From an uncultured Candidatus Saccharibacteria bacterium (GTDB lineage Bacteria; Patescibacteriota; Saccharimonadia; Saccharimonadales; AWTP1-31): a DNA stretch of 64,000 nucleotides. The DNA lies in NCBI GenBank assembly GCA_964629815.1, contig CAZVTA010000002.1, positions 66,096 to 130,095 of the forward strand, read 5' to 3'. The notes under the pieces are model-generated. The model was not told where the DNA came from. It saw nothing but the letters and a program-made list of their open reading frames with translations, and ran no database searches. Positions 37,291 through 44,462 of this stretch are shown here, one piece after another. The first letter of the stretch is position 1, and every line of letters starts with the position of its first letter. The translations under genes were made by a program, and so were the position numbers.

Positions 37291-38931
37291 CTACATCATG
37301 CCCATGCCACCGCCCATACCGCCGGCTACAGGAGCTTCTTTTTCTGGTATGTCTACCACTAATGCACCCATGGTCATACTCGTACCCGCAATACTAACCG
37401 CGTTTTGAATCGCTTCGCGCGTAACTCGAACTGGGTCGACCACACCAGACACCTTCAGGTCTACCAGTTTTGCTGGGTCATTGACGTTAACACCAAAGCC
37501 AGCTTTCGCTGCTTTGACCTGTGGAAGCCATTCATCGGCATTAAGCCCTGCATTGCCCATGAGAATGCGGAATGGTTGTTCAAGGGCGTTGCGTAGTAGC
37601 GTTGCACCCGCTGCCGCAGAATCATGCCCCGTAACCTTTATACCGCTCGCAAGGTTAACTAGCGTTACACCACCACCAGGTACAATACCTTCGTCGAGCG
37701 CGGCCTTAACTGCAGCAACTGCATCGTCCACACGGAATTTCTTCTCTTCTATTTCGGTCTCGGTTGCACCACCAACTTTGATAACCGCAACTTTGCCCTG
37801 CAATGCTGCTCGGCGTTTTTCGCGGTCTTCGCGGTCGTATTCGCTCGTTGCAGACTTAATTTGTTCGTTAATTTGCGCAATACGTGACTTAAGTGCGGCA
37901 GCACTACCCGCACCTTCAATGATGGTAGTCTCATCTTTAGTAACAATAACTTTTCGCGCAGAACCAAGCATGTCGAGCTCTACATCCTCAAAGCTTGTGC
38001 CTTGATCTTCGCTAACCACTACACCACCCGTAAGAATCGCAATATCTTCTAGACGGTCGGCCCGTTTGTCACCGAAACTTGGCGCTTTGACGGCGATTGC
38101 GTTAAATACACCTTTAAGTTTGTTCAAAATGAGCGTTGCAAGTGCCTCGCCTTCGACATCTTCTGCGATAATCACAAGGTCTTTCTTGCCAGCTTGTGCA
38201 CATTTTTCGAGTACCGGTAGAAATTCTTGTACAGATGTAATCTTTTTGTCGGTAATTAAAATGAGTGGTTTATCGTATACAGCTTCCATGCGCGTTGTAT
38301 CGGTAACCATATATGGGCTGACAAAGCCTTTGTCCATGGTAAAGCCTTCAACAACTTCACTTTGCAAGGTTAACCCCTGGCCTTCTTCTACGGTTACTAC
38401 ACCATCCTTACCAACTTTTTCGATAACACCAGCAATAAGCTTACCGATTTCTGCATCGCCCGCACTAATGGTCGCAACCTCGGCTACACGCGTACTCTTA
38501 CCTTTTACGTCTTCGGCAATGGAGCCAAGCTTCTTAATTACGTCTTGTGCAGCTGCTTCGAGCCCTTTGCGCAGTAGCATGGGGTTGTGGCCGGCGGCAA
38601 TAAGCTTGTTGGCCTCATTAAGAATATGATACGTCAGCACTGTTACAGTTGTCGTACCATCACCGGCTACGTCGTTCATCTTATTGGCGGCTTGCTTGAT
38701 AAGTTCTGCGCCAACGCTGTAACCTAAGGTTTCGTCATCTGCTTCGGCTATCTCAACCCCCTTGGCGACGGTTACGCCATCGTGTGTTACGGTTGGGCCA
38801 CCGTACGACTTACTAATAACTACGTTGCGACCTTTTGGTCCCATGGTTGTCTTTACTGCATTGTATAAAATTTCTGCACCCGCGAGCACTCGTCGGCGCG
38901 CATCTTCGTCATAAAATACTCGTTTAGCCAC
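37291..38931 (-). CDS. groL: chaperonin GroEL
   Basis: Unmistakable GroEL sequence (AKRVFYDEDARR...GDGTTTVTVL...) with a C-terminal GGMGGGMGMM tail. Confidence 0.97.
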   Translation of the reverse strand: MAKRVFYDEDARRRVLAGAEILYNAVKTTMGPKGRNVVISKSYGGPTVTHDGVTVAKGVEIAEADDETLGYSVGAELIKQAANKMNDVAGDGTTTVTVLTYHILNEANKLIAAGHNPMLLRKGLEAAAQDVIKKLGSIAEDVKGKSTRVAEVATISAGDAEIGKLIAGVIEKVGKDGVVTVEEGQGLTLQSEVVEGFTMDKGFVSPYMVTDTTRMEAVYDKPLILITDKKITSVQEFLPVLEKCAQAGKKDLVIIAEDVEGEALATLILNKLKGVFNAIAVKAPSFGDKRADRLEDIAILTGGVVVSEDQGTSFEDVELDMLGSARKVIVTKDETTIIEGAGSAAALKSRIAQINEQIKSATSEYDREDREKRRAALQGKVAVIKVGGATETEIEEKKFRVDDAVAAVKAALDEGIVPGGGVTLVNLASGIKVTGHDSAAAGATLLRNALEQPFRILMGNAGLNADEWLPQVKAAKAGFGVNVNDPAKLVDLKVSGVVDPVRVTREAIQNAVSIAGTSMTMGALVVDIPEKEAPVAGGMGGGMGMM

Positions 38932-38942
38932 TGTCAGCCTCC

Positions 38943-39212
38943 TTATTTCACTGTTGCAATAATATTGTTACGGAACAAAATAATGTATTCAGTCTTTTCG
39001 ACTTTTACGGTTGTTGATTCGTACTCATTCTTGTAGATTACGCGGTCACCGTTTTTGACCTCTTTTACGCCGCTACCTGTGGCCACCACAACAGCGATCT
39101 TTGGCTTTTCTTGGGCGTTACCCGGTAGATATAGTCCACTGGCTGTTTTGTTGGTTGCTTCTTCGGCCTGCACCACTACATAGTCGGCCATTGGCTGGAT
39201 TGGTACACTCAT
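38943..39212 (-). CDS. groS: co-chaperonin GroES
   Basis: IQPMADYVVVQ...ASGLYLP...GDRVIY. The start was set to the ATG at 39212, preceded by AGGAGGAAGAC. Confidence 0.93.
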   Translation of the reverse strand: MSVPIQPMADYVVVQAEEATNKTASGLYLPGNAQEKPKIAVVVATGSGVKEVKNGDRVIYKNEYESTTVKVEKTEYIILFRNNIIATVK

Positions 39213-39239
39213 GTCTTCCTCCTGTGTTAGTTTCAAGCG

Positions 39240-39266
39240 TTAGCACTTCAAAATGTTGAGTGCTAA
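39240..39266. promoter_or_regulatory. CIRCE operator (HrcA-binding inverted repeat), promoter-proximal copy
   Basis: The minus strand reads TTAGCACTC-N9-AAGTGCTAA, one mismatch from consensus TTAGCACTC-N9-GAGTGCTAA. It lies 28 nt upstream of the groES ATG. Confidence 0.8.
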
Positions 39267-39269
39267 CAT

Positions 39270-39296
39270 TCAGCACTCATAATAGCCAAGTGCTAA
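39270..39296. promoter_or_regulatory. second CIRCE-like operator overlapping the putative -10 box
   Basis: The minus strand reads TTAGCACTT-GGCTATTAT-GAGTGCTGA, one mismatch per arm. The spacer contains TATTAT. Confidence 0.65.
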
Positions 39297-39307
39297 ATTT
39301 GATGCAA
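39279..39307 (-). promoter_or_regulatory. putative sigma-70 promoter of groESL
   Basis: On the minus strand, TTGCAT (39302-39307), a 17-nt spacer, then TATTAT (39279-39284). Confidence 0.45.
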
Positions 39308-39326
39308 GTGTTCTGTACTCTTCGAA

Positions 39327-39881
39327 CTAAAAACGTTCGATACGACCAGAAAACAACGCAATCGTTTGCGGTTTCTTCTGGCCGCCACTTCGAATAATAG
39401 TCTGTGGAGAAACCTGTGTATTCAATGCGAAACCAAGCATCCGTGGTGGCAAATTTACCTTTCTGGTCGTTGTTTTACCAAGTGCAAACTCTTTTTCAAG
39501 AACAATCGATCCGATACCTACTCCTACAATAATCAGGCCGCGCTTTTCAATGGTTCTTGGTAATTCACCCGTGCTAAGCTCAAACGTATCGGGTACCCAC
39601 TGTCGGCCGTGCGGCATAACTCGGTCAACTGCGGTTATGAGTCGTAGTAAAACATTGGCCGCTTGTTTTCCTGCATCCGAACCTTCTTCCAGCAATGCAC
39701 CGTACAGTTCAGTAAAATTTGAGGCATGGTCAATATGAACCGTTTCGTCGTGGCGCGCGAACAGTGCTGATGGCAACTCCATTATATTCTGCTGTAAATG
39801 AGTTTCAGGTGTTACTGGCACAGTATTATTCCTTATTCCTATTGGACTTTGTATTATACCGAACTCCGTGCATCTAAGCAC
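39327..39881 (-). CDS. hypothetical protein
   Basis: 184-aa ORF lying 7 nt downstream of the AlkB-like gene. An alternative start is at 39782 (MELPSALF). No motif recognised. Confidence 0.5.
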   Translation of the reverse strand: MLRCTEFGIIQSPIGIRNNTVPVTPETHLQQNIMELPSALFARHDETVHIDHASNFTELYGALLEEGSDAGKQAANVLLRLITAVDRVMPHGRQWVPDTFELSTGELPRTIEKRGLIIVGVGIGSIVLEKEFALGKTTTRKVNLPPRMLGFALNTQVSPQTIIRSGGQKKPQTIALFSGRIERF

Positions 39882-39888
39882 AAACGTC

Positions 39889-40473
39889 TTACTTTAAACC
39901 GAGCGCTATGCTGTATCGAACCGCTTTGGGCGAGGGGTTGCTGAGTCGATGCCAGCAAGCAATACTCGCGATATTTGGACCAGCTAGCCCAACGAGGCTA
40001 CGCGGCGGGATCTGTAGTTTATGAGTATTTATTGGTTCGCCGTCGTCGGAAAACTTTGGTATTCCATCTACGTTGGGCCGATACACCTCGGTCATACTCG
40101 GAAGCCATACTGCTGTGGTAAGCGACAAGGTTGTGTTCTCGTCAAAATGCCCTACGCCTTTGTAACCTGGTGATTGTGCGTTAATACCGATCTGCCGTGG
40201 TGCTAGTCCGGTTGCCTCGCGTGCCCAAAAACCCAGAGCTCGCACAAATCGAGCAGCAAACTCTGGCAGCTGCAGATAGTCTTTCCGATAATCAAAGGCA
40301 GTAAATGGTCGCTCTCCCGTAAATGCCAATGAAAGCTCTTCGTATAGCTTCCGCTGCATACCTTCTTCGAGCCAGCCAGGATTTAAAGCATAGCCAGTCG
40401 TCAAAGCCTCGGTTGCCGTAAACTGAATACCTGCAACCTGTTCTGGGTTAAATATCTCACCAAACATCGTCAT
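39889..40473 (-). CDS. 2OG-Fe(II) oxygenase superfamily protein, AlkB-like (tentative)
   Basis: INAQSPGYKGVGHFDEN provides an HxD. A distal H (ACWHRLS) and RYSIALG echo the AlkB pattern INxYxPG..HxD...H...RxS. Confidence 0.5.
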   Translation of the reverse strand: MTMFGEIFNPEQVAGIQFTATEALTTGYALNPGWLEEGMQRKLYEELSLAFTGERPFTAFDYRKDYLQLPEFAARFVRALGFWAREATGLAPRQIGINAQSPGYKGVGHFDENTTLSLTTAVWLPSMTEVYRPNVDGIPKFSDDGEPINTHKLQIPPRSLVGLAGPNIASIACWHRLSNPSPKAVRYSIALGLK

Positions 40474-40528
40474 GATAGGTATATTATATCACTTTTTTAA
40501 TCTATGTTCAATCTGATACAATCTGGTT

Positions 40529-41416
40529 ATGCCTAAAATTAACCAGCACGTACTTATGTCTGGAGTAGACTATTTCGACGACGGCTTTGCTATAAACCCA
40601 TACATGAACGATCAAATACCAGTTGATATCGCCAAAGCCCGCGAAGAACACCAGCAGATAAAAAAACATCTTGAATCTATCGGCGTAACGGTAACTACCG
40701 TATTGCCGCCAAAAGACTGCCAAGATGGCGTGTATACAGCAAACTGGGCACTTGTTATGAACAACAAAGCTGTTATGAGCCGCTTACCAAACAAGCGCCA
40801 ATACGAAGAACCGTATGCGCTACAAACACTCACCAAGTTAGGTAAAGATATTGTAACCGTTCCAAACAATTGGCGCTTTAGTGGTCAGGGCGATGCCCTG
40901 CCCTGTGGGAACGATCTGTTTGTAGGGTCGAATTATCGTACCGATTGGCAGGTACACTCATTTCTAGCAGACGAACTCGGATGCAACGTTATCAGCTTAC
41001 AAACCCGCCCCAAGCGAACGCTGCACGGTTTTGGCCAACGTGTCATCAACCCCACCACTGGCTGGCCAGACAGCTTTTACTACGATATCGACCTTGCGCT
41101 CGCAGTACTGCGCGCGCCCGAAGGCGAAAAAAAAGGCTTGATAGCTTGGTGTCCGGCGGCTTTTACCCCAAAAAGCCGTGCCCTGCTTGCCCGGTACGAC
41201 GGTGTTGATAAAATCGAAGTCAGCCGCGAAGAGGCTACCCAGGGCTTTGCCTGCAACCTGGTTTCAACCGGGGATGCAGTTGTTATGAGCGCCAAGGCGC
41301 CCAAACTAAAAGCAGAGCTCGAGAAGCGTGGCTTTACCGTACTCACACCCCACATAACCGAACTTGCAAAGGGTGGCGGTTACATCCGCTGCACAACCCT
41401 TACGATTGACCAATAG
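40529..41416 (+). CDS. amidinotransferase/DDAH-fold (guanidino-group modifying enzyme superfamily) protein
   Basis: C-terminal GGGYIRCTTLTI contains the superfamily's nucleophilic Cys context. 295 aa, so too short for canonical ArcA. Confidence 0.7.
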   Translation: MPKINQHVLMSGVDYFDDGFAINPYMNDQIPVDIAKAREEHQQIKKHLESIGVTVTTVLPPKDCQDGVYTANWALVMNNKAVMSRLPNKRQYEEPYALQTLTKLGKDIVTVPNNWRFSGQGDALPCGNDLFVGSNYRTDWQVHSFLADELGCNVISLQTRPKRTLHGFGQRVINPTTGWPDSFYYDIDLALAVLRAPEGEKKGLIAWCPAAFTPKSRALLARYDGVDKIEVSREEATQGFACNLVSTGDAVVMSAKAPKLKAELEKRGFTVLTPHITELAKGGGYIRCTTLTIDQ

Positions 41417-41743
41417 CTAGTCTTCTGTCTCTTGCTCAACAAGATATGGCAACAGGTCTTTGGTTGGCGTTTGGCGTAGCTGGACAATATGACTCGGTAA
41501 TATTTCATCCTGCGGAACTACATATGCCGTTTCTTCCAGATCTGGGTCATAATCACTATCTTCTTCGTTCATGGTTCGCTGCATATGTAACGGCAACGAC
41601 TCCACACTAATTACATACTTCTTGTTGTTGCGAACAAGCAATATGTCCACGCCAAGCATCTTTGTACCACTGGCGTTAAAGGACAACACATCAAAATCTT
41701 CGTCGAATAATCTTTCAAAACCAGATTGCGGGGGGAGCTCCAT
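41417..41743 (-). CDS. hypothetical small acidic protein
   Basis: ORF immediately downstream of 41745..42299. I chose the ATG at 41743 (MELPPQSG) to avoid a 26-nt overlap. Confidence 0.45.
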   Translation of the reverse strand: MELPPQSGFERLFDEDFDVLSFNASGTKMLGVDILLVRNNKKYVISVESLPLHMQRTMNEEDSDYDPDLEETAYVVPQDEILPSHIVQLRQTPTKDLLPYLVEQETED

Positions 41744-41744
41744 A

Positions 41745-42299
41745 CTACCTCTTCTTACCATCAGCACCATAGTTCTTTTTTGATCTTGCAGTAATCACCG
41801 CAGCAGCTTCACCCTGTTTCTTATGACCAGCGATTGCCAAACGTAGAACTGTAGGAAGTTCGCCTTCTTTATCGGATGGAAGTACTGTAAAGAACAATCG
41901 CGGCGCATCACGACCGCTTTTACTGACTTTAAAAATTGGCGTCGCAGACAATTCGTCTGGCACGTGGTCGATGTTTGGGTGTTGATCGCCCCTCAGTACA
42001 CTTGCAATCGCCTTAAATAATCCCTGCTCTGCATTCACCGAGCTCTGCAAATCAACACCATTAGCCAACTTAGAAAGTGTATTATTCGCACCAATCAGAC
42101 TTCCGTAGTTAAACTCTTCCCCTTCAGCGAGTTTTACTTTTGAGGTTGAGACTTCAAACTTTTCTTCTTTTATCCATGGAAAGGCTTCTCTAGAAGCAAC
42201 TACAGATGGACCAGCTGTAACTGTTTCAATACCAAGATCTGGTCGTTGAAGTTCAGTAGTATTTGGCGTAGGAGTTTCTGTTTCAGGATTTGTTGTCAT
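41745..42299 (-). CDS. hypothetical protein with weak RelE/ParE-like C-terminal pattern
   Basis: 184 aa. The C-terminal IFKVSKSGRDAPRLFFTVLP...VLRLAIAGHKKQ loosely resembles the RelE/ParE toxin core. No firm assignment. Confidence 0.5.
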   Translation of the reverse strand: MTTNPETETPTPNTTELQRPDLGIETVTAGPSVVASREAFPWIKEEKFEVSTSKVKLAEGEEFNYGSLIGANNTLSKLANGVDLQSSVNAEQGLFKAIASVLRGDQHPNIDHVPDELSATPIFKVSKSGRDAPRLFFTVLPSDKEGELPTVLRLAIAGHKKQGEAAAVITARSKKNYGADGKKR

Positions 42300-42371
42300 A
42301 GATATATATTAGCATAACTTTAGCATTTTGTCTATATTGCTTTATTTTCAATTTTGTGCTAATGTATATTC

Positions 42372-42641
42372 ATGGAAACTCCTGACCTAAGAACACCAAC
42401 ACCAAAACAACAAGAGCTGCTCGCAAGTGTAGCCGAGGGTAATCCTCGCGCACAAGAACTGCTTGGCTGGTTAGGAGCGCACGAAGTCCGCAGTGCAATT
42501 GAAAGCGCTCGTGACGATATTGGTGTACCAGATGTCGGAACACCTGAGTTTGCAGCAATGATTGCTCGTGTTCGCGCAGAGAGAACACCCGAAGAAGTTC
42601 AAGCATACGAAGACGATGTTATTAAATCGCTCGAGTTCTAA
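42372..42641 (+). CDS. hypothetical small protein
   Basis: 89-aa ORF divergent from 41745..42299. Acidic and helical. Confidence 0.45.
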   Translation: METPDLRTPTPKQQELLASVAEGNPRAQELLGWLGAHEVRSAIESARDDIGVPDVGTPEFAAMIARVRAERTPEEVQAYEDDVIKSLEF

Positions 42642-42645
42642 ATAG

Positions 42646-44007
42646 CTATTTGCGCGTTTTTATAGCTTTTTGGGCGACCTTGACTTCGTCGTAGTCGCGC
42701 TTAACCACGCGGCGCGGATCTGAATCGTTTTGTACTTCGCTACGGTATTTTGCTGCATCTGGCCCATTGGTTAGAATAGATTTTTCGTGGCCTTTACCAA
42801 GTAGCACCACCAAGTCACCTTTTTGCGCTTTATTTATTGCAAACGCCACTGCGTCTTCTCGTTTGTGAATCAAGAATAGGTCTTTGTCGAGCTGCTTGCC
42901 TGCCTTGGTAGCACCGTCTGCTATGGCCTGTAGTATTTCTTGCCCATCGATATCTCGATCATCTTCTTCTGTTGCAATGACAATATCGCAATACTTACCC
43001 GCAATCGCACCCTGTGCGGCTCGTTTGGCTTCGTCGCGTCGGCCAGCACTGCCAAACACAGCGATCATGCGCTTTTTAGCGAGCGGCCGCAGTTCTTTAA
43101 ACAGTTTTTCAAAACTTTCTGGCGTGTGTGCGTAGTCTACAATTACTTCAAAATCTTGCCCTTCATCGACGCGCGTCATACGGCCTTCGACATTTTTGAG
43201 TGAGGCAATCCCCTGCTCTATTTGTGTGTCGCTCAGCCCAACCGCCAAACCAACCCCAACCGCAGCCAACGAGTTATATACATTAAAGCTACCTGGTAGA
43301 TTGCACGTAATATGCAGGTCCCTGCTCTCATACGAGACTGTATACCTACTGCCCGCGGGAGTCAGCGAAACGTTTTTGGCACACAAATCGCCTTCTTTAG
43401 TACTGTACGTTATAGGGTGAGCAATGTCGGACGCAAAATAATGGCCGACTGGGTCATCAATATTAACAATGCCCGTTCGTAAGCCTTTCTTGTTTGCACT
43501 GGTCTGCTTAAAGAGCATTCGTTTGGCATCGCGATACCGTTCGAATGTTCGATGATAGTCTAGGTGCTCGTGACCAAGATTAGTAAATACAGCCACGGTA
43601 TACGGAACCCCCCATACTCGATGCTGAGCCAAAGCATGGCTTGTCGTTTCGAGCACCACCCACTCGGCACCTGCATCGCGCACTTTTTGTAGGGTTCGCA
43701 CCAGCGAAGCCGCACCCATGGTTGTCAGCCGCGTTGGGTTTGGCTGCGGACCCTTACCGTCGCCAAAGTCAACCGATATGGTCGTGATCATGGCAACTTT
43801 ATAACCTGCATTCCGCAACATTTGTGTAATAAGCGTACAGGTAGTTGTCTTGCCATCGGTGCCAGTTACACCAATAACCTTTAGATTTTTTGCAGGAAAA
43901 CCACCCTTTGCCTGTGCTAACACCGCCTCTGCCCAGTGACCATACGGCTCGATTGTACGGAACAGCGAAACCGGAACAACTTTTTTTACAATCGACCGAA
44001 CATCCAT
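42646..44007 (-). CDS. murE: Mur ligase, MurE-like, with shortened N-terminal domain
   Basis: VIGVTGTDGKTTT, ETTSHAL, NLGHEHLDYH, VDYAHTPESF and FGSAGRRDEAKR parallel MurE motifs. The P-loop begins at residue ~47, against ~110 in E. coli MurE as I recall it. Confidence 0.8.
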   Translation of the reverse strand: MDVRSIVKKVVPVSLFRTIEPYGHWAEAVLAQAKGGFPAKNLKVIGVTGTDGKTTTCTLITQMLRNAGYKVAMITTISVDFGDGKGPQPNPTRLTTMGAASLVRTLQKVRDAGAEWVVLETTSHALAQHRVWGVPYTVAVFTNLGHEHLDYHRTFERYRDAKRMLFKQTSANKKGLRTGIVNIDDPVGHYFASDIAHPITYSTKEGDLCAKNVSLTPAGSRYTVSYESRDLHITCNLPGSFNVYNSLAAVGVGLAVGLSDTQIEQGIASLKNVEGRMTRVDEGQDFEVIVDYAHTPESFEKLFKELRPLAKKRMIAVFGSAGRRDEAKRAAQGAIAGKYCDIVIATEEDDRDIDGQEILQAIADGATKAGKQLDKDLFLIHKREDAVAFAINKAQKGDLVVLLGKGHEKSILTNGPDAAKYRSEVQNDSDPRRVVKRDYDEVKVAQKAIKTRK

Positions 44008-44039
44008 AGCATATACCTCATTTGTTTGAATCTATTATA

Positions 44040-44067
44040 AACGAAAACCGGCCCGTTTGTGGGCCGG
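44040..44067 (-). terminator. intrinsic terminator after the 99-aa ORF
   Basis: On the minus strand, CCGGCCC-ACAAAC-GGGCCGG is followed by TTTTCGTTT. Confidence 0.6.
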
Positions 44068-44094
44068 CATGCTACAAAAAGCTCTTAGTATGCT

Positions 44095-44394
44095 CTATTT
44101 GGTCATTTCTTGTGCGGACTCTTTTATCTGTGCAATTAACGCATTAATTTGGTCAGTAAATAGAGTCTGCTGATCAGGAAATTTTTCGTGAAGCCACTTG
44201 TCTGCATGTTCGGGACTCTCTTTTAGGACTGTATCAAATTCAGCCAACTGCTCATCGTCCAGCCTATCCGCCATAGTCATCATTACGCGTCTTTCGAGTG
44301 TATTCACAAATGACTGATACGCCATATCTTGAACATTTTGTGCAGCATTTGCGAGTCCAAGTTGTTCTATGATTTGCTCTTTTGTGTATTCCAT
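44095..44394 (-). CDS. hypothetical small helical acidic protein
   Basis: 99-aa ORF with its own terminator. No motif recognised. Confidence 0.55.
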   Translation of the reverse strand: MEYTKEQIIEQLGLANAAQNVQDMAYQSFVNTLERRVMMTMADRLDDEQLAEFDTVLKESPEHADKWLHEKFPDQQTLFTDQINALIAQIKESAQEMTK

Positions 44395-44462
44395 GGTGTT
44401 TATTTTTCCTTTTACCTTTTATATTGCTAGTTTACTACAAGTACTAGTCACGTATTGTAAGG

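Noticed and set aside
37481-38629. Two long plus-strand ORFs (174 and 187 aa) inside the groEL region.
   Set aside because: They are antisense shadows of an unmistakable GroEL gene. Their translations are S/A/P/T-rich low-complexity, which is typical of the reverse frame of a conserved gene.
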